From Candidatus Latescibacterota bacterium (GTDB lineage Bacteria; Latescibacterota; UBA2968; GCA-2709665), in assembly GCA_965203805.1 (NCBI GenBank), contig OZ241917.1, forward strand, positions 4,512,001 through 4,576,000: 64,000 nt of DNA, in the 5' to 3' direction. The translations under genes and the position numbers were made by a program. This document shows positions 9,451-19,825 of this stretch, in pieces; the first letter of the stretch is position 1, and each line of letters opens with the position of its first letter. Under the pieces are notes generated by a model. The model was not told the origin of the DNA. It worked only from the letters and a program-made list of their open reading frames with translations, and made no database searches.

Positions 9451-12285
9451 GTGATGATCAGGGACTACTATAGAACACCGATCCCGTTGCGATGTCTGTT
9501 CGTCGCAATGCTTTTCATTGTCGTCTCAACAAACGCCGAGGAGATCCATGCCATGAAGACCGAAGAAGGTGCCAGCGCTCCTGCCGCATCCCGTATTTTT
9601 GCATTAAGCGGTCAGGTCGTCCTGCAGGCGGAGGACGCCGTCATCGACCCCGGCCGGGTGGAAATCGTCACGCAAGGCTCGTTCGCCAGTGAGAAAGGCG
9701 TTGCGCTCAAGGCCGGTCTGGCCACGAACGCGGGTTCGCCTGGGGCCGAACCGGATCTCGTATTCAAGGTGCGGGCCGCCAGGGCAGGGCGGTACGTGAT
9801 TCGCACGCACGCGGCCACGGACGCCCGGGGAGGTGAGGCGATGCGCAAGGCGGGGAGCAAGTTCGATTCGCTGTTCCTGACGATCGCCGTGGGCGACGGC
9901 CGTCCCACCCGGCGCGTGGTATTCGTGCCGTGGAGCCGACCGGAAAGCTGTACGCAGAGTACCGGAAAGTTCGATCTCAACGGACAGGAGCAGGAGATCC
10001 GCATCTGGCTGCCGGAGGGCGTGCGCCTCGATTACGTGGAGGTCGGCCCGTACACGCCGCCGGAAGTCCCATCGACGGCGACCGACTATCAGCCGTCCGT
10101 CGTTCCGCCGGCATCACGTCCGCGGATCTGGGTGAACGAGCAGTCGCTGCCGGGGGTTCGGGATAACCTGACGAAGGGTGAAAACGCGCCGCTTTGGGAT
10201 CAGGTCAGGGAAACGGCGGCCGAACCCTTCGAATTCAAGATTGGACCGGGTACGGAAGTCAGCTATAACGCGAAACTTGAAAAAGCGGCCGTCGCCAGGG
10301 CATTCGTCTACCTGATGACGGGTGAAGAGACGCCCGGCCGGGAAGCGGTGGCGCTGGTTCGCGACTATCTTGCCGCCGTGGAATTTGGAAACTTGCTGGA
10401 CATTACCCGGGAAATCGGCCGGGCCATCTACTCGGCCGCACTGGTTTACGACTGGTGCTATGCGCTGATGACATCCCGCGACCGGGAAAGCATCCGCGGC
10501 GACCTCATGCGTCTGGCCGACGACATGGAAATTGGCTGGCCGCCGTTCAAGCAGATCATCGTCAACGGCCACGGCAATGAGGCGCAGGTCAACCGCGACC
10601 TGCTCTGCATGGCCATCGCGATCTACGACGAAGATCCGGTACCCTACCAATACTGCGCCTACCGCATCCTGGAAGAACTGGCGCCCATGCGCCGGTTCGA
10701 ATACCAGTCCCCGCGCCACAACCAGGGCGTCAGTTACGGCCCGTACCGGTTCGCCTGGGACATGCACGCCGCCTGGCTCTTCTACCGCATGTCCGGCAAG
10801 CGGGTCTTCGACGACAACATCTCGGACGTTTGCAAGTTCTGGCTCTACATGCGCTTGCCGAACGGAGAGACCTTCCGGGACGGCGACGGATTTTCCGACG
10901 GCAGGCCCGCAAGCCTCGGAGCCACGGCACTGCTCAGCTACGCCTACAGCAACGATCCCGTCCTCAAGCGCGACTTCGAGCGGCAGGGCGGCCTGCCCTC
11001 CGACCCGATCCAGGTGCTGCTGCTGAACGACCCGAACCTGCAGGCGGCGGCAAATTTCGATTCATTGCCGCGGACCCTGGATTTCGGACCGATCATGGGT
11101 TCCATGGTTGCCCGGACCGGCTGGAACATGGGCCCGGGCGTGTCCGACGTGGTCGTGGAAATGAAGGGCGGGGGTTATCACTTCGGCAATCACCAGCATG
11201 CTGACGCGGGGAGTTTCCAGATCTACTACCGGGGGCTGCAGGCGGCGGACCTCGGGCAGTACCATTTCTATGGCACGCCCTACGACTTCAATTTCTGCAA
11301 ACGTTCGATTTCGCACAGCATGATGCTGGCGGTGGATCCGAATGAGACCTTCCTTCGCAATACGGCCAACGACGGAGGGGCCCGGTTCATTCAATCCTGC
11401 CCCACCACGCCGGAGCAGGCCCGTACGGATCCGACATTCGCCAACGGGGAGGTCCTGTCTGCCGATTTCGGCCCGTCGCCGCAGCGGCCGTTCTACAGCT
11501 ACTTCTCGGTGGACCTGACATCGGCGTACAGCGAGAAGATCGAGGGCTACGTCCGGACATTCTGCTTCCTGAACCTGGACAACGCGCAGACGCCCGCGGC
11601 GCTGATCGTGCTGGACAACATGACCACCGCCAGACCTGAGTTCAGGAAATACTGGCAGGTCAACACCCTCAACCCGCCTGAAGCCACGGCCGACGGCGTC
11701 ATTCTGAGCAACGGAAGCGACGACGTAACCGGCAAGGTTGTTCTCCGAATGCTGCGGCCGGAGGCGGGTGAGCGGAACCTGCAGGTCCTGAGCGGCAAGG
11801 ACGCAAACAGCGTGTTCGGACAGTTCTTCACACCGCCGAAACCGGATCGCCCGGAGGCGAACGGCCATCGTGTGATGTTCTCCCCAGCCAACGAGCAGGA
11901 AAACGACGTGTTTCTGACGGTGATGTCGATGTCCGGCGACCACGCGCCCGATCTGCCGGTCGATCTCGTGGAACTCCCGGAGGCATTTGTCGTCACCCTG
12001 GCCGACCGGGTGGTGGTCCTGGGCAGGACAGGCAAGCTCCTCACGCAGGCGCTGAGGGTAAACGTCGGGACCGATGTGAACTGCCAGTTGCTGCTGGCCG
12101 GTCTGGCGCCGGGCGTATGGAGTATCCGCGACGGAGACGGCAGGGTTCAGTTCAACTCGCGTGTCGACGCAAACAGAAACACCGCCTTTTTCGTGGTTCC
12201 GGGCGGGGCATATACGGTTCGGCCCGAAGCCATCCCCGGCGCACCCGAGTTCCACGCCGCATCGGATTTCATGCCCGCCCGTTGA
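9451..12285 (+). CDS. Heparinase II/III-like polysaccharide lyase
   Basis: GHGNE, HNQGVSY, ARTGW, NHQHADAGSFQIYY motifs; signal peptide. Confidence 0.8.
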   Translation: MMIRDYYRTPIPLRCLFVAMLFIVVSTNAEEIHAMKTEEGASAPAASRIFALSGQVVLQAEDAVIDPGRVEIVTQGSFASEKGVALKAGLATNAGSPGAEPDLVFKVRAARAGRYVIRTHAATDARGGEAMRKAGSKFDSLFLTIAVGDGRPTRRVVFVPWSRPESCTQSTGKFDLNGQEQEIRIWLPEGVRLDYVEVGPYTPPEVPSTATDYQPSVVPPASRPRIWVNEQSLPGVRDNLTKGENAPLWDQVRETAAEPFEFKIGPGTEVSYNAKLEKAAVARAFVYLMTGEETPGREAVALVRDYLAAVEFGNLLDITREIGRAIYSAALVYDWCYALMTSRDRESIRGDLMRLADDMEIGWPPFKQIIVNGHGNEAQVNRDLLCMAIAIYDEDPVPYQYCAYRILEELAPMRRFEYQSPRHNQGVSYGPYRFAWDMHAAWLFYRMSGKRVFDDNISDVCKFWLYMRLPNGETFRDGDGFSDGRPASLGATALLSYAYSNDPVLKRDFERQGGLPSDPIQVLLLNDPNLQAAANFDSLPRTLDFGPIMGSMVARTGWNMGPGVSDVVVEMKGGGYHFGNHQHADAGSFQIYYRGLQAADLGQYHFYGTPYDFNFCKRSISHSMMLAVDPNETFLRNTANDGGARFIQSCPTTPEQARTDPTFANGEVLSADFGPSPQRPFYSYFSVDLTSAYSEKIEGYVRTFCFLNLDNAQTPAALIVLDNMTTARPEFRKYWQVNTLNPPEATADGVILSNGSDDVTGKVVLRMLRPEAGERNLQVLSGKDANSVFGQFFTPPKPDRPEANGHRVMFSPANEQENDVFLTVMSMSGDHAPDLPVDLVELPEAFVVTLADRVVVLGRTGKLLTQALRVNVGTDVNCQLLLAGLAPGVWSIRDGDGRVQFNSRVDANRNTAFFVVPGGAYTVRPEAIPGAPEFHAASDFMPAR

Positions 12286-12731
12286 CGGGCGGCGGGCTGA
12301 GAGCAAGTGTGAAGGTGATATGCAGGGGTCTACGGATCTGAGTGCCAAAGAGCATCGCCGCGGAAGAGCAAATCCACCCGAGGATTCACTATCGGATCCC
12401 GAAAATGCCGCAGCCGGTTCCATCTTTACCAGGGAACAGAAGACGGTGTAACTGGCAGGTATTAAATGAAGGGAAGGGAAATGAAACGGCGGGACAGAAG
12501 GGTCATTTCGGTGGCCCGCGCTATAGGCAATGACTCTAAAATTCGGAAGCTGGCGGTAGATAACATATACCCCAGAACAACATCGAGGATCATAGTAATC
12601 CATATTATTTTCAAAATTCATTAAATCTTGAGTGAATATATACCAATTTAATGATAAAAATTTCATTAGAGTTCCCAATTTCTTAAACAATTAATAGCTC
12701 AACTCTATAAATAAATTAACCTAAGACAAAT

Positions 12732-12765
12732 AAAAAACCCTGAGCCAGAAACCAATGGTCCAGGG
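12732..12765 (-). terminator. Probable intrinsic terminator downstream of 12792-13616
   Basis: CCCTG...CAGGG stem followed by a T-run on the minus strand. Confidence 0.5.
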
Positions 12766-12791
12766 ATTCTTATGTGAAATTGCTCTAATGT

Positions 12792-13616
12792 CTAATCAGA
12801 AACTGATGGTAGTGAGGAAACCGCAACAGCATTAGAAATAAGATCAGGTAGAGTATTAGTGTCTATTTTCAATTCATCAGATAACATATACCCATAGGAT
12901 TTATTACTATATCCAAATGCCCATAAAAATAATTCGATACCCAGCGGTGAAGGAGTGACTATGGTGCCAGCAACTGGAAAAATTCTATTATATTGCTCTT
13001 GTAAAAAATCAGGAGGTCCAGTCGCCCAACCCATTTCGATAAGAGCTGTCGAACTTAACCCAAACCAAACATGTTTAGAAATTTGAGGATTTTTAATCTC
13101 TGCAATAGAAAACTCCATTGCGGCATTATATTCAGTCAAGGGTAAGTAAAGTTTCAATTGGTGACGATCTTTCGAAGTACCCAAATCCACAGATGAATTA
13201 GCAAAGACCCTAGATAAAGTAGCATATATAAGATAATGAGTTCTAATCTGATACGTCGAGAGACTATTCACAATTTTAGCCAACGAAGCACCACGATCAT
13301 CTCTTCCAGTTTTAGTTCTTGCAGAAGCCAATATTCCACCTAGATATTCCAAAACTATTGAATCTTCATTATAAGAACCTTCCTCAATTATAGTCCGCAA
13401 TACTCTTGGCGGTATTTGTCCTTCTTCATTAAGCCGATCTCCCATTTTTCTAATTGCATTACCAACCATACTTCCAACATTATTCATACGACGTTTAACC
13501 AGATCACGCATACCCTCACCTAAATAATCCGCTGTAGGCCCAAATAATCTCTTAATTGCATCCTTACTTACATGTGACGCTCCTGCAATTAATGCAATAG
13601 TTATTGGATCAGACAT
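12792..13616 (-). CDS. Hypothetical protein, Abi-alpha/DUF4393-like
   Basis: AT-rich ORF with GAGG RBS; LFGPTADYLG and PRVL..IIEEGSY.ED..L.Y..GILASA pattern. Confidence 0.55.
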   Translation of the reverse strand: MSDPITIALIAGASHVSKDAIKRLFGPTADYLGEGMRDLVKRRMNNVGSMVGNAIRKMGDRLNEEGQIPPRVLRTIIEEGSYNEDSIVLEYLGGILASARTKTGRDDRGASLAKIVNSLSTYQIRTHYLIYATLSRVFANSSVDLGTSKDRHQLKLYLPLTEYNAAMEFSIAEIKNPQISKHVWFGLSSTALIEMGWATGPPDFLQEQYNRIFPVAGTIVTPSPLGIELFLWAFGYSNKSYGYMLSDELKIDTNTLPDLISNAVAVSSLPSVSD

Positions 13617-13696
13617 AAACGTAACCTCTCTATTTAGTAATCATTTCGAATTCTCTATCATAAATCGTGCTTACAATCCTAGAACTCAATTATAAA

Positions 13697-13957
13697 TCAC
13701 TCACACACCCTCAAAAACGTATTCCGGATCTCTTGTATCTTCCCGCGAGCTACAAGTTGCGAGGAAAAGGAGCGTTGCCCCAATTCTACAGAGTTTTCAC
13801 GAATACGCTTTGCAACCCGGGTACGAATCTCCGGCGACAACGTATGAAGAATATCCATCATAGTTAAAGTCAACGCCACCGCCAATTCCTCTACCGTCCC
13901 ATCTATAGAACCATAATCCTTGATCTTCTGCTTTCGCCGACGTCCGAACATAAACAA
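13697..13957 (-). CDS. Small hypothetical protein
   Basis: GGGGAG RBS upstream; co-oriented with neighbours. Confidence 0.45.
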   Translation of the reverse strand: MFMFGRRRKQKIKDYGSIDGTVEELAVALTLTMMDILHTLSPEIRTRVAKRIRENSVELGQRSFSSQLVARGKIQEIRNTFLRVCE

Positions 13958-14020
13958 GTCTCCCCGCGTTGATGATGATTGGTAGCGTCATCAATTTAGG
14001 GAGGCACTAAGACGTCAACC

Positions 14021-14063
14021 AAAAATCCCCCTGGGCCTCTCTCTCCAATAGCCCAGGGGGATT
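14021..14063 (-). terminator. Intrinsic terminator
   Basis: AATCCCCCTGGGC...GCCCAGGGGGATT stem plus T-run on the minus strand. Confidence 0.65.
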
Positions 14064-14107
14064 CTCGCGCTCGATGCAGGGAGGGACACCTAACGCGCGA
14101 GTAGGGA

Positions 14108-14344
14108 TCAGGAATAAAACCGATGCACTGTCTTCGGTATCCCGTGTTCCTTACGGCAGTTCAAACAAGCGCGTTTATCACACAGCATACCGGGCCGATC
14201 CGGTTTGTAGCAACCGTCCCGGCATTTGAAGAAGACCTGGGCTTTCTTGTCACTGTAGCTGGTGTCGATGCACAGGATGCGGAGCAGGTAGCGACAGCAG
14301 AACCATTTGAATGAGGGTTGGTGTACTAGTGGGAGAGCAGACAT
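14108..14344 (-). CDS. Small Cys-rich hypothetical protein
   Basis: AAAGGGG RBS; 78 aa with 8 Cys; followed by hairpin and terminator. Confidence 0.45.
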   Translation of the reverse strand: MSALPLVHQPSFKWFCCRYLLRILCIDTSYSDKKAQVFFKCRDGCYKPDRPGMLCDKRACLNCRKEHGIPKTVHRFYS

Positions 14345-14370
14345 GTGAATCCCCTTTCAATGAAGATGGG

Positions 14371-14718
14371 TTATGGTGTCACGCCTCTCCGTCTGTACGC
14401 GTACGATATACCGTAATCGCCAACATACTTCTTATCAAATACGACCTCGATCACAGCCACCATCTCATCACTTATAGTTGTCAGTTGTCTTAATATATGC
14501 ATAAACTGTTCCTTATTCAACTCCTTTTCGAAATAATCAAAATTGCTCTGATGAATTCCATACTCTATTTGACGGAATCTCGCCCAGTCACATGAAAGCT
14601 CACTATCACAAAACAGCGAGGCAGGAATCTCCACTTGATCTTTCGGAAAGGCTTCGCTGCGACACCACCTGTATAATACCTCTCCGTTCGGAATTTCACT
14701 ACCGTGAGATGGAGGCAT
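14371..14718 (-). CDS. Hypothetical protein with ART/RES-like N-terminus, possibly chimeric or truncated
   Basis: EVLYR...F...LSCDW pattern; overlaps the upstream gene. Confidence 0.4.
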   Translation of the reverse strand: MPPSHGSEIPNGEVLYRWCRSEAFPKDQVEIPASLFCDSELSCDWARFRQIEYGIHQSNFDYFEKELNKEQFMHILRQLTTISDEMVAVIEVVFDKKYVGDYGISYAYRRRGVTP

Positions 14719-15295
14719 ATTGCGAGGTTACCGTACCGATCATTTCGTTTTCCGATAAGTTGACTTCAAAATAACAGCCACGATATTGCACCTCTAGTTC
14801 TACACGATCATCATTCGATATCGTCACGTTGATTGCATTATCGTCATCCGCATGAAGTTCAACGAGTATTCCTCCGCTTGGGATGGGCCCCATAACTATC
14901 CTCGGAATAAGACTGATTTCCTCACTAATTACCTTTTTTCTGATGTATGAAAGCAATGCTTGTGAAAGGAAAATCGCAGAGGAGGATGGCTTGACACCAC
15001 CTCCCGAAACCCAGTTTGCCCCTAGATTCTGCAACCCCGCGAGATAGCTGAATCTGTTGGACACGAGAATAGCGAAATTTCGAATCCCAGTTTCCTTCCA
15101 GTCGTCTGACCGGCTGCTACAAGGATAATTTACGGAGCCAAAATCGGAAAAGACCGACGTGTCGGGGTTACCGAAATTATCGCCGAAATCCGAAACAGGA
15201 GTCGCCTCTGGTAAATCGAATACTTCCTCTTTGGCATCGCTGTACACTGACGGCGAATCCATAGCGCGAGAGACTTCGACTGTTTTTAGGTCCAT
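14699..15295 (-). CDS. Hypothetical protein, middle gene of TIGR04255 operon
   Basis: Overlaps both neighbours; acidic N-terminus; L..L..NW...G..P and P.P.GGI..E pattern. Confidence 0.6.
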   Translation of the reverse strand: MDLKTVEVSRAMDSPSVYSDAKEEVFDLPEATPVSDFGDNFGNPDTSVFSDFGSVNYPCSSRSDDWKETGIRNFAILVSNRFSYLAGLQNLGANWVSGGGVKPSSSAIFLSQALLSYIRKKVISEEISLIPRIVMGPIPSGGILVELHADDDNAINVTISNDDRVELEVQYRGCYFEVNLSENEMIGTVTSQYASISR

Positions 15296-16047
15296 TGCTC
15301 GAGAATCTCCGGCCTAAAAATCCTGGTGAAATGATCGTACTGCACCTTGTGTGCAACGCTGAACCAGTCGTCCAACGATTGATGTGGATTGATACCGCGA
15401 AGGGTACTCTCAAGTTGAAGGACCTGTTTTCCCTCGGCAGCGGCCTGAGTTGCTGTGTTCACTGCAAAAATACCATATCCGCCTAATGGATCATAATTGT
15501 AAGTAAAGCGTGAGAATGAGTTGTTCAATCCCTCTGGAGTCACGATCTCTGGTGGTTTAAACCGCATGATCCTGTCGGCGTCACTCAGGCTGTCGATGTA
15601 CTCCTGCCACTCGAGACGATCGTGATAGCTGAGGTCGTAGTATTTAACTGAATCCGAGGTGATGTCTGGAGAATTGGTGCTCAGCGCACTAAGTACCTCT
15701 CCGAATCTGCGATATATGGCTGTGTAACCGGGGTAGTTGCCGACCGGTTCATGGTCCGGACGGATCCAGTTCAAGTAGAGCTTGTTCGCCTGAATTTGGC
15801 ACATCCATTTGCCGTCGTCGCTGCGCAGACGAATGAGGACAGCCCCTGTCCTCTCTTGATTCAATTCTTGGGTAATTTGGAATCCCGACATCCATTCGTC
15901 GGCAATGGGGGGACGGATCTCTACTCTCGGATATCTTTCAGACAAAGCGTGCTGGGCGTAAAACAACTGCCTTATGGATATGTGTTTCTCCAAAAAGGTC
16001 ACGCCAAAGATGACCTCGGATACTGGCGCCTTGGGGTATGTCTTCAT
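15286..16047 (-). CDS. TIGR04255 family protein
   Basis: YPKAPVSEVIFGV.F N-terminus; QIQ.N.L..NW; YPGY; L.Y.D; W...AH. Confidence 0.75.
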   Translation of the reverse strand: MKTYPKAPVSEVIFGVTFLEKHISIRQLFYAQHALSERYPRVEIRPPIADEWMSGFQITQELNQERTGAVLIRLRSDDGKWMCQIQANKLYLNWIRPDHEPVGNYPGYTAIYRRFGEVLSALSTNSPDITSDSVKYYDLSYHDRLEWQEYIDSLSDADRIMRFKPPEIVTPEGLNNSFSRFTYNYDPLGGYGIFAVNTATQAAAEGKQVLQLESTLRGINPHQSLDDWFSVAHKVQYDHFTRIFRPEILEQWT

Positions 16048-16772
16048 TTTGTCTGAATGAGATGAAGATCGTGCGATGTCTGTCGCGTCGCCCGACGTGG
16101 ATCGCTTTGCGTTTCAGTTAAGCATATCGCTGAATTGCTAATACTCAAGATTGCTGTACTGCACAATAGTAGAGCTGAGGGTTAAATGCAAAGCGGGCGC
16201 TCAATCCCGCTCGAAGTAGCCGCGAGAGAAATCCGGCCCTTCATTGCGCCGTTAGTTCGTCGAGTGTGCCCTGGTGAACTCCATGGAGGACAATCCACCA
16301 AGAGTCAGACTCTCGGCGTAAACCGAATCGTTGCTCTTGCCAGGAACGTCCAAACCGACTACAGGCATGGTTGTCTGCGCGAGCGCAAATGGCGAATTCT
16401 TCTGCACCTACGCTTCCGACGCTGCCCGATAGGCGAAGGTTCCCCAAGTTTGGGTCTAATAAAGTCCCATCTGAGTGTCTCTGTCAAGGCAATTTGCGCA
16501 GACCAGGATCCCTCACGCTACCATATATACATTCGCCGAAATTTCAATTGGGCTCCCAATTAGGTCTGGTTGACGTTCGGCGCGTAACGGTGGCAACCCA
16601 TTGCTCGTCGCGGCCATTCATCGCGCACACCCTGGTAGATTCGTCACTGGATACCTTCCAGATGACATTCACAAGGCGCGCTCACCCGGGTTTTCCGCAC
16701 CTGCCCCGACCTCTCCAGATGGCGGCGGACTGAGTCCAGGGTGGTCAGGCCGACGATGACTCTCAGACGGTC

Positions 16773-18029
16773 CTAATATTCCTGGATATCTGCCTTCTGC
16801 CGAAACGCTGCCAGGTCGAGGTCTCCTCGGCTGTAGGCATCCACGTCCCGCTTCTTTACCTTTAGCACAAGGCCACGCGGGTCGGACGTTCTCCTACGGA
16901 ATCCCCTCGGAAATCGCACCTCCACCACGATATATTCTTCGGGTTTGAGGGTGCGGATAGAGAAACCGTAATCTGCCACTACCTCAATCAGGTCTTCTTT
17001 GAGCCGATTTTCGGGTGCCTTATCTAACTTGACTGAGCGTCCCTGTCTTCCTCGGTCGGATAGCGATCTGGATGCCTTAATTATGGCTCTACGAATTTCC
17101 TTCAAATAGCTGGTCTGTGCTTTCACAAAGAATAGCGCGCCCAACCCTTCTTGGTATATGCCCAGGGTCTTGTTGGAATGCGGGACCGGATGGTCGGATT
17201 GTTTCAGGGCTTGGTCCAGGATTGCGGACATTACACCAATCTTTTTCATCAGGGACGCATCCGGCCGGTGGTCGAGAAAGGCAATTCGCTTGATGAACTC
17301 CTCGTCGTCGATTTGCTCCCGCCGATATGCAACGATATCGCCTTTTTTTACTGTTACTTCTGAGTAGACTTGATCTGATGTAACGGTGTAAAAAAGTGTG
17401 TCTGAGTCCAAACTTCGTTTGGCTCGAGCTGCGATACTATCTCGATTATCCTGTTTAATGGCACCCTGCAGCGCCATCAAATGGCGTCGAGGTACTGATT
17501 GTTTTGCCCATAACCACTCTGAATCCCCAACGACTGCGCTTTCCAGATCGAAACCATAAGGAGAAAGGCGTTGAAAAAAAATCAGGATTGAGATACGATC
17601 CGTGTCTTTCAACTGGCGTATCGCATCCGCGTAAGTGCCCAAGAATTCCGCGAGCCGATTCTGAATGTCGGCTCGTCGTTTCTCCACCTGTTCCTTGAAT
17701 TTCATCGTGACATCGCCTTCACTGTGCGTTTCGAACACCTTCGTGACCTTGTCGGGAAATCCCAGACCAGGAAGTGAATATCCTGCCGGACCTAGTTCTT
17801 CTATCAGAAAGATCACACCGTAGTTTTCGAAGTAAAAACCCCTCACCTGCGGTTCCCGGTGGACGCCGACAAGGTTGGACGTAGTCTGCTCGTGGAGGTT
17901 CTGCAGAATGCCTTCCATGATGTCCAGGTCCTGCTTCATCCGCTTCCGGTCGATTTCGGCTTCGACGGGGAATGCGGGAAGGGAGAGGCATATGGCGGTT
18001 GCGATGGCGAAAATGCGATGGGTCTTCAT
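16773..18029 (-). CDS. Exported hypothetical protein of ECF sigma operon
   Basis: Signal peptide; two internal repeats (G.Y.E..G..F ... DYG/TYA..IR.LK); GGGAG RBS. Confidence 0.7.
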   Translation of the reverse strand: MKTHRIFAIATAICLSLPAFPVEAEIDRKRMKQDLDIMEGILQNLHEQTTSNLVGVHREPQVRGFYFENYGVIFLIEELGPAGYSLPGLGFPDKVTKVFETHSEGDVTMKFKEQVEKRRADIQNRLAEFLGTYADAIRQLKDTDRISILIFFQRLSPYGFDLESAVVGDSEWLWAKQSVPRRHLMALQGAIKQDNRDSIAARAKRSLDSDTLFYTVTSDQVYSEVTVKKGDIVAYRREQIDDEEFIKRIAFLDHRPDASLMKKIGVMSAILDQALKQSDHPVPHSNKTLGIYQEGLGALFFVKAQTSYLKEIRRAIIKASRSLSDRGRQGRSVKLDKAPENRLKEDLIEVVADYGFSIRTLKPEEYIVVEVRFPRGFRRRTSDPRGLVLKVKKRDVDAYSRGDLDLAAFRQKADIQEY

Positions 18030-18053
18030 ATTTCAATCTCCCTCAGTTTATTA

Positions 18054-18764
18054 TTATTCGGTGGTGGGAGGTGTGTACGAATCCGCCTGCGCGTATGTCA
18101 CCGCCAGCAGGTGGTGCAACAGGTCTTCGGTCCGCATAAAGCGGCTTTCCGTCGATCCCTCTATTTCCTGCAAGCCCTGGCCTACGAGCACCAGGTCGCG
18201 ACGGCGTTGGGATTCCAGGTCCCGGGCGAACTGTTCTAGGATAAGACCGAGTTCCAGACGTTGACGGTTGTACCCGTCGTCGATCAACTCCTGAATCAGC
18301 GCCAGGGACTGATGTTGGACCTGGATCAACTCCGCCCGCGTGACCGGCGTTTCGCGAACCCCTTCAGAAGATTCGAGATCTTCGACTGCGGGGAGCCGCA
18401 GCGTCACGTGTAGACCCCCCTCCGCGTCATATCGCGCTTCGAAGTTCAAGACAGCGAAAACGAGAATGACCGCCGCCAGTCCCAGGCTAACGCCCGGCGC
18501 CACCCACCGCCGGTTGCCCGCGGGCAACCGGTGCGGCAGGATGGCCTTCCACCAGGGGGTTTTCTCGGGCACGAAGACCAGGCTCGCGGGCGGGACTTCA
18601 TCCGCCCAGGCGCGCATCAGGGTCCTGGTCCGCCCCAGCTTCTCCAGCGCCTGTGCACAGGCAGGGCAGGTGCTGATGTGGGATTCGATTCCGGCTTTCC
18701 CCTCGGCATCGACTTCGTCGTAGAGATAGCCTATGAGTTTCTCTCTTGGCAGTTCACATTTCAT
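18054..18764 (-). CDS. zf-HC2 anti-sigma factor
   Basis: HISTCPAC (HxxxCxxC) plus one TM helix; overlaps the sigma gene. Confidence 0.85.
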   Translation of the reverse strand: MKCELPREKLIGYLYDEVDAEGKAGIESHISTCPACAQALEKLGRTRTLMRAWADEVPPASLVFVPEKTPWWKAILPHRLPAGNRRWVAPGVSLGLAAVILVFAVLNFEARYDAEGGLHVTLRLPAVEDLESSEGVRETPVTRAELIQVQHQSLALIQELIDDGYNRQRLELGLILEQFARDLESQRRRDLVLVGQGLQEIEGSTESRFMRTEDLLHHLLAVTYAQADSYTPPTTE

Positions 18765-19344
18765 AGTCGATCGTCTCCCGGGTGATGTTCCATTGGTCCA
18801 TAACCTTTCTGAGATTTCCGAGGCCGTAGTAGAGTCGGGATTTTACCGTATTGACGGGCAGTTTCAGGATGGCGGCGATTTCGGTGAATTTCAGATGCTC
18901 GTATTCCTTCATGACGACGATTGTCCGTTGCTCCTGCGGAATGCACTGCAACGCCCGGTTGAGCAGATCGCGAAGTTCGCACTCATGAATTCCGGAATCT
19001 GTTTGCGGCGATGCTCTTACCATCCCGTCCGGCCGCTGGGCGACGCCGGTTTCCAGACTCTCCAGTGAGATCGTGGGATGCCTCTTCCTTCGCCTCAACT
19101 CGTCCCGGCACGTATTGACCGCGATCTGATAGATCCAGGTGGAGAACTTTTGCGGATCCCGCAGCCGACGGAGGTTTCGATGGGCTTTGACGAGGACCTT
19201 CTGGCTCAGGTCGTGCGCTTCCTCGCGGTCTCCGACCTGGCGCAGGATGAAGTTATAGAGCCTGCTTTGCCACCGTCCAACCAGTCCGTTAAAGGCATGC
19301 GACTCACCGTCGCGGAATCGCCTGATCAACTCGGCGTCCGTCAT
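18754..19344 (-). CDS. ECF RNA polymerase sigma factor
   Basis: D.ELI....G...AF; FSTWIYQIAVN; EIAAIL.LP.NTVKSRL. Confidence 0.9.
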   Translation of the reverse strand: MTDAELIRRFRDGESHAFNGLVGRWQSRLYNFILRQVGDREEAHDLSQKVLVKAHRNLRRLRDPQKFSTWIYQIAVNTCRDELRRRKRHPTISLESLETGVAQRPDGMVRASPQTDSGIHECELRDLLNRALQCIPQEQRTIVVMKEYEHLKFTEIAAILKLPVNTVKSRLYYGLGNLRKVMDQWNITRETIDYEM

Positions 19345-19825
19345 CTGTCCTCCGGTGCGAAAAATCGCGAATTCCTGAAGGCCTCTGCATGTGTGACGAC
19401 GAGATTGACTGAAAAGTTCTACGGTATACATCGACGCACCCATATTTCCGAAGGCTGACCGATCTGGTTGAGTTCGACAATTCGAACACTGTCGCTCAGG
19501 CGCCATGTTGTTTGTACGTCAGCCCAGACCCCTTGATCGGCGCCTGCTGTCTATCCAACGGACCGTCCGAACGCTTCAGTCCGTGAGTATGTGTCAGAAT
19601 TGCAATTGACATCATTGGGGAATTTGGCCATGGTGGAGTGGGGCGGAGGGGTGCGGTGAGCGTATGGGCGTCAAGGGTTTTCAAGCTGAATTCGGACAGG
19701 CGTGGACCGGCGCAACGTGATGGGCATGCGCCAGGTCGGGAACACAAAACAGGTGGCGTCAGGCCGAGAGGACTGCTTTGCTCAAGGCGGGTTCGCGGAG
19801 ATGAAAACGTACCAGGAGAGCCTTA

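Noticed and set aside
11062-12690. Long antisense ORFs (also 2060-3208, 3251-4369, 5609-6769, 24008-25336, 54567-55652)
   Set aside because: Shadow frames of GC-rich genes with no recognisable motifs
13697-13957. Homology with the IS cargo ORF 31630-32022 and a dual-coding overlap with 13667-13867
   Set aside because: Only a few matching residues; the overlap geometry differs and no paralog supports it
12792-16047. Integron cassette array
   Set aside because: No intI and no convincing attC (RYYYAAC...GTTRRRY) sites seen
16100-16760. ORFs between TIGR04255 and the ECF operon
   Set aside because: No motif, RBS or strand consistency; left unannotated
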